From Ranitomeya imitator (taxonomy: Eukaryota), in contig NC_091288.1 in the NCBI RefSeq assembly GCF_032444005.1, positions 224,006,001 through 224,070,000 on the forward strand: a stretch of DNA of 64,000 nt, given 5' to 3'. This document shows positions 11,688-24,570 of this stretch, one piece after another. The notes under the pieces are model-generated. The model worked only from the letters and a program-made list of their open reading frames with translations. It was not told where the DNA came from and did not search any database. The position numbers were made by a program, and so were the translations under genes. The stretch's first letter is position 1. Each line of letters opens with the position of its first letter.

Positions 11688-13292
11688 CAGTGGGGCAAAA
11701 AAGTATTTAGTCAGTCAGCAATAGTGCAAGTTCTACCACTTAAAAAGATGAGAGGCGTCTGTAATTTACATCATAGGTAGACCTCAACTATGGGAGACAA
11801 ACTGAGAAAAAAAAATCCAGAAAATCACATTGTCTGTTTTTTAACATTTTATTTGCATATTATAGTGGAAAATAAGTATTTGGTCAGAAACAAACAATCA
11901 AGATTTCTGGCTCTCACAGACCTGTAACTTCTTCTTTAAGAGTCTCCTCTTTCCTCCACTAATTACTTGTAGTAATGGCACCTGTTTAAACTTGTTATCA
12001 GTATAAAAAGACACCTGTGCACACCCTCAAACAGTCTGACTCCAAACTCCATTATGGTGAAGACCAAAGAGCTGTCAAAGGACACCAGAAACAAAATTGT
12101 AGCCCTGCACCAGGCTGGGAAGACTGAATCTGCAATAGCCAACCAGCTTGGAGTGAAGAAATCAACAGTGGGAGCAATAATTAGAAAATGGAAGACATAC
12201 AAGACCACTGATAATCTCCCTCGATCTGGGGCTCCACGCAAAATCCCACCCCATGGGGTCAGAATGATCACAAGAACGGTGAGCAAAAATCCCAGAACCA
12301 CGCGGGGGGACCTAGTGAATGAACTGCAGAGAGCTGGGACCAATGTAACAAGGCCTACCATAAGTAACACACTACGCCACCATGAACTCAGGTCCTGCAG
12401 TGCCAGACGTGTCCCACTGCTTAAGCCAGTACATGTCCGGGCCCGTCTGAAGTTTGCTAGAGAGCATTTGGATGATCCAGAGGAGTTTTGGGAGAATGTC
12501 CTATGGTCTGATGAAACCAAACTGGAACTGTTTGGTAGAAACACAACTTGTCGTGTTTGGAGGAAAAAGAATACTGAGTTGCATCCATCAAACACCATAC
12601 CTACTGTAAAGCATGGTGGTGGAAACATCATGCTTTGGGGCAGTTTCTCTGCAAAGGGGCCAGGATGACTGATCCGGGTACATGAAAGAATGAATGGGGC
12701 CATGTATCGTGAGATTTTGAGTGCAAACCTCCTTCCATCAGCAAGGGCATTGAAGATGAAACGTGGCTGGGTCTTTCAACATGACAATGATCCAAAGCAC
12801 ACCGCCAGGGCAACGAAGGAGTGGCTTCGTAAGAAGCATTTCAAGGTCCTGGAGTGGCCTAGCCAGTCTCCAGATCTCAACCCTATAGAAAACCTTTGGA
12901 GGGAGTTGAAAGTCCGTGTTGCCAAGCGAAAAGCCAAAAACATCACTGCTCTAGAGGAGATCTGCATGGAGGAGTGGGCCAACATACCAACAACAGTGTG
13001 TGGCAACCTTGTGAAGACTTACAGAAAACGTTTGACCTCTGTCATTGCCAACAAAGGATATATTACAAAGTATTGAGATGAAATTTTGTTTCTGACCAAA
13101 TACTTATTTTCCACCATAATATGCAAATAAAATGTTAAAAAAACAGACAATGTGATTTTCTGGATTTTTTTTTCTCAGTTTGTTTCCCATAGTTGAGGTC
13201 TACCTATGATGTAAATTACAGACGCCTCTCATCTTTTTAAGTGGTGGAACTTGCACTATTGCTGACTGACTAAATACTTTTTTGCCCCACTG
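11688..13292 (+). mobile_element. Tc1-family DNA transposon, full length (1605 bp), with long TIRs
   Basis: CAGTGGGGCAAAAAAGTATTTAGTC...GACTAAATACTTTTTTGCCCCACTG termini; TIRs about 210 bp; TA on both flanks (11686-87, 13293-94). Confidence 0.97.
12054..13076 (+). pseudogene. Tc1 DD34E transposase with one in-frame TGA
   Basis: Paired-like HTH N-terminus, GRPR-like SGAPRK, WSDETK / QHDNDPKH / NPIENLW with 34 residues between the second D and E. TGA at 12666-12668 ([13 protein letters not shown]), probably CGA>TGA. Confidence 0.93.
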
Positions 13293-14394
13293 TATATTAT
13301 AGAGAAAAAGCTGTAAATGTGTGTTTAACAAAGTATAATTCATGTTATTAGCAAAATATACAAAATCGATAGCGGAATTTCTGGGTTTTACTCATCCAAC
13401 CTTATATAAGATGAAATCAAAAGTCGTTTGTATTAAAACAATGGCACCAATGACACCACGGCTGAAAACGGGCCCTCACCCGGCTCTACCCACATAAAAA
13501 CGCAGAATGTGACGGACTCAGAATATTATGACATTATTAATATAACATTATTTTTTGTGTAAAAGTAGTAATTCATAAGGTTTTATTTTCTTACTGACCT
13601 GCAGAATAAGGTCAATTCATCAATTCAATTGCAGTGTGAACAGTGCGTAAAAAAAAAAATCAAAATTATTTTTACATTCCATCCCCAAAAAATGTAATAA
13701 AAGTGATCAACCAGAAAAGAGCAACAGTGAAAACTACGTCTTGTCCTGCAAAAATGAATCCCCTGTGTATCTGAATGATGGAACGTTGTAAACCGGAGGA
13801 CGGTGACAGAAACGGTTGTTGTTTCTTTACAGAGTATTTATGGTACAAAAGTGATGAGACCTGAATGTGGTGCCGCCATAATCCCACGGACCCTCATAAT
13901 GAAGGAAACACCACAGGAAAAGCAGAAAGTTTAAAATCTAAAAAAAAATGTTTGTTTTTTTTTCAAATTTTCCGTATAAGCATCAAATAAAAGTTTTGCC
14001 GCTGACAAATACAGCTCGTCCCAGGATAAAGAGACGTCAATACAGCGACATTGGCTAAGAAAAGTCCTAGTGGACCAAAATGGGCCCGACATTGAGGAGT
14101 TAAAGGGTCGCTCCACTACTTTTGTATTAATACCCTACCCTAAGGCCATCCTCAGAGCAGTGCCGCCAGACGGATTTCAGCAGCTGCAGAGCTGAACACT
14201 ACAGATCTGAATACTCTGTGGTTGGTGGTGGCCACTGCTGGGTGCTGCTGACCCACTGCTCTTCTTTCACATGGGACAGATGTGCGGCCTCCGTGCCCCG
14301 GCCCGGCAGCTCCAGGATTCTATCACTAACACTTTCAGGTTTGGCTTACACGTAGCCTCTATCCCTGTTTCCTGCCGTCTCAGGGTCCCCACTA

Positions 14395-15507
14395 CCCCAC
14401 AGTTACCTTCTGCACCTCTGGCCTCGTACCACTGACGTTATCTCCTGTCTCGCTGTTCTGGACCTCTGGACTAGCCATCCTTATTCCAGATCCACCGTCA
14501 CGTACCTGACTCTATTACAGACTTGCTATCTCTGTCCTTCCTTCCCTCACCTAGGTGGTCTGGTCTCTTCACTCCGAGTCCTCACTTCTCTCCCTTTCGC
14601 ACTCTGACCAGCACTTATGGAGGAACTTCTTCTGCTCCTCTGGCCTCGTACCACTGACGTTATCTCCTGTCTCGCTGTTCTGGACCTCTGGACTAGCCAT
14701 CCTTATTCCAGATCCACCATCACGTACCAGACTCTATTACAGACTTGCTATCTCTGTCCTTCCTTCCCTCACCTAGGCGGTCTGGTCTCCTCACTCCAAG
14801 TCCTCACTTCTCTCCCTTTCGCACTCTGACCAGCACTTATGGAGGAACCTCTCCTGCTCCTCTGGCCTCGTACCACTGACGTTATCTCCTGTCTCGCTGT
14901 TCTGGACCTCTGGACTAGCCATCCTTATTCCAGATCCACTGTCATGTACCTGACTCTATTACAGACTTGCTATCTCTGTCCTTCCTTCCCTCACCTAGGC
15001 GGTCTGGTCTCTTCACTCCGAGTCCTCACTTCTCTCCCTTTCGCACTCTGACCAGCACTTATGGAGGAACCTCTTCTGCACCTCTGGCCTCGTACCACTG
15101 ACGTTATCTCCTGTCTCGCTGTTCTGGACCTCTGGACTAGCCATCCTTATTCCAGATCCACCGTCACGTATCAGACTCTATTACAGACTTGCTATCTCTG
15201 TCCTTCCTTCCCTCACCTAGGTGGTCTGGTCTCTTCACTCCGAGTCCTCACTTCTCTCCCTTTCGCACTCTGACCAGCACTTATGGAGGAACCTCTTCTG
15301 CACCTCTGGCCTCGTACCACTGACGTTATCTCCTGTCTCGCTGTTCTGGACCTCTGGACTAGCCATCCTTATTCCAGATCCACCGTCACGTATCAGACTC
15401 TATTACAGACTTGCTATCTCTGTCCTTCCTTCCCTCACCTAGGCGGTCTGGTCTCTTCACTCCGAGTCCTCACTTCTCTCCCTATCGCACTCTGACCAGC
15501 ACTTATG
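14395..15507. repeat. 222-bp tandem repeat, about 5 copies
   Basis: Identical landmarks at 14617, 14839, 15061 and 15283 (period exactly 222); the plus strand is pyrimidine-rich. Confidence 0.93.
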
Positions 15508-16378
15508 GAGAAAGGTCTTCTGCTCGTCTTGCCAGGGCTGGCTAGCTGTTAACCATTCCCTGGCTATGTGTCAGCAGTGTTCTCTCTCTCTAGAATTGTC
15601 CCATCTCTTGAATACAGGACAATGTCCATTCTGCAGGGAGTACTGGTGATCTCATAGACCTTTCACATGGGTATGACCGACCGTAAGGGAAAATGTCACC
15701 TGCTTCAGCAGCATGAATCGAAGCCCGGCTGTATGACCGCATCCAGAAACGTCACTTTCAAATGCTCCGATGTCAGAGAAGATACAGTTGTAGAGCTTCT
15801 CCGAGCTTCTAACAGGTCTCTTGCTAAGTGGACACATGGAAGTATACATGGTGGCAGCCGGGCTGCGGTTGTGGTGCCTGAGTCTTTGTCAGCATTGATT
15901 GACAGTTTCCCATTAAGGAACGGGACGTAGATGTGACAATGACCCTCCGCCATCTCTGACCTCTCCACCTGCTCTAGATGCCAAGTCTAACTGAATTTCT
16001 GCTTTCCAGGAATCTTTGGCTGTTTGGGTCCATAATAATGTGAGTTACATGGTGATATTGCCTGAGATGGTTCTTCTGTGTCTTTCTCTGTCTTCTCCTC
16101 TGTTCCTCCTCTGTGGCTCTCCTGGCTCCTCTGTGGTGAGTCCTCTGTGTCTCCTGTGCAGCTTACTATCACTGTGCTATATGATTACTACACCGTTACT
16201 TTTCCAGCTCGTTTTGTCCAGTATTATTTGTGTTACATTGTGTTTCCTTTTTACAGATCTCTGCAGTTTGCTCATCTACGGCAGTGGTAAGAAATCATCA
16301 TTACCAACTTGTGATCTTAAATCACACCGTTACATATGGGGAACTACACCGTGTCGGATCACACACCAGACTGTTACA

Positions 16379-18152
16379 CAGCAGGTGAAATAAGTATTGA
16401 AAAAGTGACAAATTCTCTAGCTAAATCTGCTTCTAAAGGTGATATTGACATGAAATTATCTCCAGATATCGGTAACAACCGATCAAATCCACACGGGAAA
16501 GAAATCACGGAAAATGTCTATAAATTAAGTTATGGGTAATAATGGGAAATGACACAGCAAAAAAGCATTGAACTGGCTTACTGAAATTTATTTAATAGTT
16601 CATACAAGTATGTTGGTGATGCAGCTTCAAGATGCCTCTTGCATGGAGAAACTAGTTGCAGGCATTGCTCAGGTGTGATTTTGGCCTAGTCTTTCACATA
16701 AAAACATCTTCACATCCAGAAGCTTCCTTGGCTCCTTCTATGAACTCAGAGCTTTAGTCCCTTCCATACATTTTCTCTTGGATTCCAGTCCGGTGATCGG
16801 TTCGGCCTTTGTAGCAGCTTTATTTTCTTTCTGTGAGACCAATTCAGAGTTTCCTTAGCTGTGGGTTTGTGATCATTGTCTTGTGAAACATTCACCCTTG
16901 TTTCATCTTCATCACCCTGGTAGATGGTCTCAGTACATTTGTCTATTCATCCTTCCTTCACTGAAATAAAGTTTGTCAGCCCCACACCATGATGTTCCCA
17001 CCTCCAGACTTTACTGTTGGTATGGTGTTTTTGAGGTGATGTTCAGTGCCTTTTGACCTCCAAGTATGTGAATTATGGCATCCAAAAAGTACAATTTTGG
17101 TCTCATGTGGCCAGACTATATTCTCCCAGTATTTCACGGACTTGTCTAAATGTTGTTGAACAAACTGTAAACGTGCTTGAACATGCTTTTTACTTAGCAA
17201 TGGAGTCTTGTGTGGTGAGCGTGCATACAGGCCATGGAGGTTGCGTGGTGAGAGTGCATACAGGCCATGGAGGGTGAGTGCATTACTTACAGTTTTCTGT
17301 GAAACAATTGTACCTGTTGATTCCAGGTGTTTCTATGGCTCTCCACAGGTGTCCTTGGCTTTTGGACAACTCTTCTGATAATTCTTGCAGTCCTCTTTCT
17401 GAAATCTTGCGAGGAGCACCTGGTCGTAGTTGGTTTATGGTGAAATTTTGCAGAAAGCCCCTGTTTATGGTCGGTTTATGGTGAAATCTTCTGGGGAACA
17501 CCTGGTTGTGGCTGGTTTATGGTGAAACCTTGCCCGTAGTAGCTGCTCGTGGTTGGTTTATGGTGAAATCTTGCGAGGAGCACTTGGTCATGGCTGGTTT
17601 ATGGTGAAATCTTGTAGGGAGCACCTGGTCATTTCTGGTTTATGGTGAAGTCTTGCGGGGAGCACCTGGTCATGGCCGATTTATGGTGAAATTATGTTCC
17701 TTGCACTTCTGGATTATGGCCGCAGTTTATAAATTCTTCTATAACCAATGCCATAAGTTTATTTTGCAACAGTAATGTTGTGAAGGTCTTGAGACAGCTC
17801 AATGGATTTCCCATCATGAGCTGTTTCTTGTGTGGCCCACTGGTAATAAGACTCCATTTATAGTCATCAGGTGAGCCAGCAGATGTAATTTTTCTCTAAG
17901 TGGAAGGATTGCTTTCTAATTACTGATAGATTTCATCAGGTGACAGGACTTTTTAGGGCTTTTTGCTCCTCTTTTTCTTCTTCTAGTGTTCAATATGTTT
18001 CCCTGTGTCACTTCCCATTATTACACATAATATATGGACATCTATAGTGATTTCTTTGCCTCTGTGGATTGGATGGGTTGTGACCGACATCCTGTGAGAA
18101 TTTCATGGCAATAGCAGCTTTAGAAAACTGGTGGCATGTTCAATACTTATTT
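16379..18152 (-). mobile_element. Degenerate Tc1 transposon with an internal ~39-bp tandem expansion (about 17410-17700)
   Basis: TIR-like CAGCAGGTGAAATAAGTATTGAA at the left and TTCAATACTTATTT at the right. The minus-strand ORF gives HVQARLQFVQQHL..YWENIVWPHETK..NTIPTVKSGGGNIMVWG. Confidence 0.8.
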
Positions 18153-18896
18153 GTATATGGGGGGATTGTAGTGTGTGGGGTCACACACGTTCCATAGTAA
18201 TAAGGTTACACGTCTGGGTCTCGGATCCATCGAGCAGTTCTTTGTTCTTTCTTCCAGTGCAGCCAATAATCATCATAATTCATCTCTCTAAAGTCGGGTA
18301 TACTAAGACAAATATGGAGGTCAGGCCCAGACCGGAGAACATTGCTCTTCATGTCTTGGCTCAGTTTACTATCGAGAACTTTTCTTCAAGACAAAATGTC
18401 TAAAATCTTTCTTCTTTGTAGCCTTACAGAAGAAGAGGACCAGGCGAGCTGGATGAGGTAACGGATAGTATAGTGGAATAACGTGATCAGAAATGGCGAC
18501 ATCTGGGGCCGGAAATGTCAGACGTAAGGAAAGTGCGAGCACGCCATAAACATATACATCAAAATTTAGATCAAATGTTTACATTCAGCGAGTCGCTCAG
18601 TCTCCTCCGGGATGGCAGAGGAGGATAACATTTGGCATCTTTACAACCTCTCAGTCCCCTTGACAAGTGATAAAGCCTCTGTAATCTCCTCGCTTTGGGA
18701 CCCCGGCTCCAGGTTCTGCTGCTCCGTAGTGTAGACCTTGCAGGGACGTTACATGACCGCGGCAGCCATGAGAAGCGCCATGATTTCTGACATCACTGAC
18801 AAATCATTCATGTGATGACATCACACATGACGTATCACTCTGCCGGAGCAGAACCTGGAGTAGGCGAGGCTCCGCTCACTGCCTCCAACATGTCCC

Positions 18897-19552
18897 TGTC
18901 ACGCCGTAAGCGGCGTTAAAGGTGCAGGATGGCGTACTGGGACCCGCACCTGTCCCTACTACTTTAATGGGGCCCTGGCTTTCCCTTATCTCGGGGGTAC
19001 CTATGATGGTTAAGAGGCCCGAGCCGCCAGCGTATCCCTGTCTCCTGTGCAGGCCCTATCAGTGGCCCCCTCTCCTCCCCAGGGAGGAGGACTGCACCAG
19101 TGTATAAACACAACAATAAACAGGGTATACAGACAAAGTAACTAAAAGTCTCAAACTCACCGAATGCTCACACGACCACAGAGGGTACACATAGAAGGGA
19201 AGAGAAGGAGAAAACTGTGAAGGAAAACAGGTTTAACAAACAACCAAAACAGCAGACACCAATCTCCAAACTCCTAATATCACTCTCCTTCAACCTCCAA
19301 GCCAGGCAGCAGAACTGATCACTGACACTAGCTGTAGTCAAGGCTGGGTCTATATAGAGGAGAAGATTACAAAATCCACTTCAGCTGAGAGACCCAGCTC
19401 ACAGCAACTTAGCAAATAAAGTTAACTCCTGCACTGCTGGCACAAAGCAGCCAGGTCAGAATACAGGTGAAGAGCTTCTGTTCACTGTGTGTGAACGAGG
19501 CCCAGAGCGCTGCGGTTCTCTGGAACCTCTCTGTCGCCGTAGCCCCATGACA
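18897..19552. mobile_element. Solo LTR, 656 bp
   Basis: TGTCA...TGACA termini; 5-bp TSD GTCCC at 18892-18896 and 19553-19557. Confidence 0.85.
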
Positions 19553-19921
19553 GTCCCCTCCTCATAGTGTACATGATGCAGGCGCCGCTATAATCTGCTT
19601 AACAAAGAGTCCAAATATGCTAAAAAATATAAAGATTTTATTCGTATTACAAAAAACACAGAAAAATATATGAACAATGTAAAATTTAAAAAGGTAACAA
19701 TGCAAAATAAGCTCAGCTATGAAAAGGATCCGTAATAGGCATCCATGTCATCTGATACTCCTATATTCAGTATATAGCAAAGGAGAAAATATTCCAATGA
19801 AAGAACAGTGGAACATAAAGTATCACTGAGTATGCTGCATGCCATAAATGTAATAGAAAAAGGGACAGTTAATGACAAGAGGAATCACCCATAGTTCGTG
19901 TAGATCCTGACAAGACCACAG

Positions 19922-19973
19922 CCACGTTCCTCGATGCATATTTGGCATTGTTACCGCTTCCTCAGGGGCGTGG
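19922..19973 (-). ncRNA. Decayed type I hammerhead ribozyme motif (Penelope-like tail)
   Basis: Minus strand CCACGCCC-CTGAGGA-AGCGGTAACAATGCC-AAAT-ATGCAT-C-GAGGAACGTGG. CTGANGA is intact; the GAAA box, stem II and stem I are eroded. Confidence 0.4.
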
Positions 19974-22513
19974 CTTAAGTGTGGCAGCTGTCCAGTATAA
20001 AGGTCACATGACCGGCCAGCAACCTATCAAATATTTTATTTATGCACACGCGCCCATCCTGGACCTCAAACCCCTCCCATCCCCTCCTCCGCCCACGTCA
20101 CAGTCACGAGAGACGGCCGGCGCCAGGCCGCACATCAAACATCTAACATGCTAAAGAAGTCAAATGTGCTCCATTATACTCTTGTACCAGTGCCAATAAA
20201 AATTTATTCTCAAATAATATCATCTAGTTTTCTTTGGTCTTTCAGCCGTTACTTGCCTGACCCAGAGCGGATCTTCTTGGCCCGGTTCTGTCACCTCGTC
20301 TCGTCACATCCTTCTTATGGCTCGCCCCAGCTGTCGGCCCTGAGGACTCAGGAATCCCGGAATATATTGATGAAGGATATATGTCCAACGTTGGAAAGAG
20401 AAACATAAAAATCCATAAGAATGTGACGCATCTCGCCGACCGGATGAGGTTACATCTCATCACTCAATGGAAGATTCTGTCCAACAGAGAAATCTCCTAT
20501 TCCGTGACGACGCATTGGACTGATACATTGTAACCTCAGAGGAGAGGAGTCGCCCCAATTTCTCCGTCACCCTTCATACAGCCACAATTTCTCTTACTTC
20601 TGGTGACTTTTTATTACTTATGGTTTTATCTCATCATTGATCACATCCACTTGGGGTCATTTGTGGAGTCGATATCAGAGAAGATCATAAGTTTATCTAA
20701 CGTTTAGCGGCAAAGCTTGTGTCTTCTGGGGTCAGAAATGTCTGTTGTCTAAGTTGTGAAGGCTTCTGTATTCTGTATTTGAATGAATGAAGATGGGGAT
20801 TATCTCATGTAGCTTCACCTGTTATCTCCTGATACAATTAATTAATAAAACATTCTGTAGTCACTTGGTGATGTCTGACCTTTAGTTACGAGAGCCTCTT
20901 CACACAGTGTAATATTTTAGGACTTTTCCACCATTGCAGCCTCTAATCTCCTGCAGAGAAGACGGCCACCAATGACGGGAGGATAATCATCTCGTGAGTC
21001 CAGAAGGCCAATAATTTCTTCCCGTATTGATTCCACAAATGGTCTATATGGAAATCTCTTCTATATCACCCGTCTTTCTGTGTAGTGAGTCTTGGATACC
21101 AAACACGAGACCCTCGTGCCTATCTATGCCTCACTTCACCATGCATCCCCGATATTCTAGGGTCTGATGGTGTTATTGCATGGGTTTGGTTCATGAGGGT
21201 CTGTAGACATATGACCTAGATGTCAGTGAGCTTCTAATAATGGAGATGTTATAGAGTAATAGTAGTCCTGACGACAGCCGACTACTGAAGATGGGACAAT
21301 GATCCATTGACTCATTCTGATTGGTAGATTTGGAGACATGAAGGAATTTGTGTCCTAATGTGGGGGTCATGAGGGATCAACACCGCAGGGGCATGGGCCA
21401 ACCCATAGATAGTTCCATACCTTTGGTTTGTGTAATTGTAGTGGGTAAGTCTACACTTCAGCCTTACAGTACTAATGATATTTTTTATGTTGTTGGCAAC
21501 TGTTTAGTAGCTTGGATCTTTGGGGTCCAGGTCGTGAGCCCCCTACAGATTGCTCAATAGAAGCAGAAGCTCTCGGTGTATTCTCCAATAGGAGCAGAGC
21601 CGGGCACAGACCCACAACCAAGTCTGGCTCATGCTCATCCTCGATATAAGCCAAGCGTTTCTGCCTTTGCCTTCATTAGACTGATGGGAGCGCAGGACTT
21701 GGACCCACTAACCATATGATGTTTGCCACCGATCAACGTTTTTATACAATTCTGTGCATTTATACTCGTACATTACAGCAGGCAAGGAGTCCAGGGATCC
21801 ATAATAGACTTTGTCTTCTCACATCTGGGTCATAGCCCAGCAGAAGGCATCACATAAATTAAGATAAGGAAACAGCGCTGGTGACATCTTTCTGTCTGGT
21901 TTTGGGCCCTCGGCTTCACCCAGGGAAAAGTATTGGGACTTGTGCCCTCTGAGGCCCCGTCTCTCTGTTTTAGCGGGACTCATGTTTATCCCACAGGGTA
22001 AATAGCAGATAATCATCTTATATCAGTTACATGGAAGGTGAAGAGCTGCATGGAAATCAGGTGCAAATTCTGCCATATAGACTAATGTTTTAAGCATCCT
22101 GACCACAAAAACAAATGAGTGAATCCCTTGCCCCTTCACTACTGCCCAGATCTTTGGATCATGTCTTTTTGGATCTGTCAGTACCTCTGCATGAACTTTC
22201 TGGAGCAGTGTTCTGTTGCTGCTGGTCCTGGACTCAGTTATTGATCAGACTTATTGGATGTGGCCTTGATTTGAATGATGTATTGGGTTAGTTCATAAAT
22301 GCAAATACGCGTAGACCGAAGCTGTTGACACAACGGAGTTCCACTATGTGCTCGGGTTTTGCATGTTGCCATGAATTCTGGACTTTCAGTCTTTGCTCAT
22401 ATATTCAGGTCTCAGAAGTAATTTCTGGAGAACATTTTACGTTCAGTCTCGGATTGATGACAATTGTGCATGAATCCAGCTGGCCAATCCGTATAAACTA
22501 GGAAAAGACTTGA

Positions 22514-22547
22514 CCAATCTCAAGAGCAATGATGAGCGTATAAAAAG
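22514..22547 (+). promoter_or_regulatory. Candidate CCAAT plus TATA promoter of the first TAS2R
   Basis: CCAAT at 22514-22518 and TATAAAAAG at 22539-22547, about 120 bp upstream of the ATG. Confidence 0.35.
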
Positions 22548-22658
22548 CCAGGACAAGAATTGGCTCCTGAGGGCTTCATTGACCATCATCTACTCCTTGT
22601 GAAAGTGTAGATGTCTTCACCTTCTTCTTTATAGGTGATCCTCTGTATTGGGATAGCC

Positions 22659-23618
22659 ATGGTCTACCATGACCCAATAATCACTATGTACATTGTTATC
22701 CTTAGTCTGGAGACCATTTATGGAGTGTCTACCAATGCCGTCATTATCTTGTTCCTTTCCTATTATTATGCTCGTGGACTGGACAGGAGAGTCAGTAATA
22801 TTATCATCTTGGCTTTGAGCATCTCCAATGTCCTCTACGCCTGTGTCTCATATGTGAATATTTTACTGCTCTATTTTAATCCCTTAGTTTTCCTGAAAAC
22901 CCTTATAACGCCAGCCGTCTACGTCTTTGCCACATTCATGATCACCTCCTCGTCCTGGCTCACTGCCTGCTTATGCTTCTTCTACTTCATGAAGATCCAA
23001 ACTTTTCGATCTGGCTTCCTCTCCTGGATAAAGATGAAGGTGAACATTGCTATTCCATGGATGATCCTTATGGCCGAGCTTATATCTGTTGTCTCCGCCT
23101 CACTGAACATTCTAGAGTTTCTTGAACACAATGAATCTTCAAAGAACATCTCCCTGGTCCAGTTGGCCAAGATGAAGGCAAAATCCAATGGGATATTTTC
23201 CAACAATTTGTACATCTCGTTTGTGAGCAGCTGCTTCCCGTTTCTCATAAGTGTGGTGACCACAGCAGCTACTGTTTGTTCCTTGAACAGACACCGCAAA
23301 AAGATGAAGAAAAATCAAACAAAATCTTCTGTCAATGTGAAAGCTTACGAAAATACAGTCCGCAACATGATACGACTTCTAGTCTTCTATGGGATGTTTT
23401 ACGTCACATTGTTCCTTTTCTACTTTAACCTATTTGTCACATACACCACCGGGTTTTGGGTGTTTCTGATTATTATATCTTTATATGCTCCAGTTCAATC
23501 AACTCTTCTAATTTTTTCTAACACCAAACTGAAGAAAGCCTGGATGAAGGTCTTCTACTGGAAAGTGATGTCCACAAAGGAAGAAGAGAGCAGGAACATC
23601 TCCTCACCAGAGAACTGA
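22659..23618 (+). CDS. TAS2R: Bitter taste receptor (TAS2R family), intact single exon, 319 aa from ATG 22659
   Basis: Seven hydrophobic segments; motifs TNAVII, LSISN, SSWLTACLCFFYFMKI, FLSWIKMKV, PF..SLNRHRKKM, QSTLLIFSNTKLKKA. No specific orthologue can be assigned. Confidence 0.93.
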   Translation: MVYHDPIITMYIVILSLETIYGVSTNAVIILFLSYYYARGLDRRVSNIIILALSISNVLYACVSYVNILLLYFNPLVFLKTLITPAVYVFATFMITSSSWLTACLCFFYFMKIQTFRSGFLSWIKMKVNIAIPWMILMAELISVVSASLNILEFLEHNESSKNISLVQLAKMKAKSNGIFSNNLYISFVSSCFPFLISVVTTAATVCSLNRHRKKMKKNQTKSSVNVKAYENTVRNMIRLLVFYGMFYVTLFLFYFNLFVTYTTGFWVFLIIISLYAPVQSTLLIFSNTKLKKAWMKVFYWKVMSTKEEESRNISSPEN

Positions 23619-24109
23619 ATCATGCTCTATCTACACCTGAGGCCTAAATAGAACAGATGGTAAACAGGTCATAGTTCATCTTTGACTGAAACCAATACGA
23701 GGCCATCAAATATCATAACTGTCAATACTTATTTATCAAACCATTGACCAAAATAATATAGTGACTGTAGAAATGTCGCAAAAAGTAATATAAAGGCTTG
23801 TATTAATGATTTGACATATTTTCTTGAATAATAAATTAAGGCTAAATTGTTTTGATTAAAATTTCTTCTGTTTCAAGAACATTTAAAGATTCCCTTATTA
23901 ATCTTCTTCTTTATATTTTCCAGACTTCTTGCTTCATCATCTTCGTTACCTTCTCGATTATCTTTCTTACCAGACTTCCTCATCTTCTTTGTTACCTCCT
24001 CAATCATATTCATTTGTTGCCTCCTCAATCATCTTGTTTATCTTACTCTTCCTTTACTTCCCGATCATCATCCTTACCAAACTTCTTGCTTCTTTACCTT
24101 CTCGTTTAT

Positions 24110-24570
24110 CTTCGATCATCTTCAGTGATTTTCAGGTGCTTTTACAAATCCTCGGGGCATCTTCAGTGATTTCCAGGTGCTTTTATGAGTCCTTGGATCA
24201 TCTTCAGTGATCTTTAGGTGCTCTTTCATCTTCTTGGGTCATCTTCAGTGATCTTCAGGTGCTTTTTTGAATCCTGGTTCATTGCAGTGATTTTCAGGTG
24301 CTCTTTTCACATCCTGGCGCCATCTTCAGTGATCTTCACGTGCTCTTTTTCATTCTAGGTCATCTTCAGTGCTCTTCAGGTGCTATTACATTTCCTTGGG
24401 TCATCTTAAGTGATCTTCAGGCACACTTATGAGTCTTCTGGTAATCTTGAGTGATCTTCAGCTTACACATCCTTGGGTTATCTTCAGTGATCTTCAAGTG
24501 TTGTTACATGTCCTCAAGTCATCTTCTATTTTCTTCAGGTGCTCTTATGCGTCCTCATAAGTGATCTTCA
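24110..24570. repeat. Degenerate ~40-bp minisatellite preceded by CTT-rich low-complexity DNA (about 23900-24110)
   Basis: Recurring CATCTTCAGTGATCTTCAGGTGCTCTT with variable spacers. Confidence 0.75.

Noticed and set aside
11963-12703. 246-aa minus-strand ORF
   Set aside because: It is the antisense shadow of the Tc1 transposase.
1652-15507. CRISPR-like arrays (58-bp and 222-bp repeats)
   Set aside because: The units are contiguous with no unique spacers, there are no cas genes, and the context is eukaryotic.
21000-21800. Possible degenerate retroelement coding remnant
   Set aside because: No diagnostic motif could be read in any frame.
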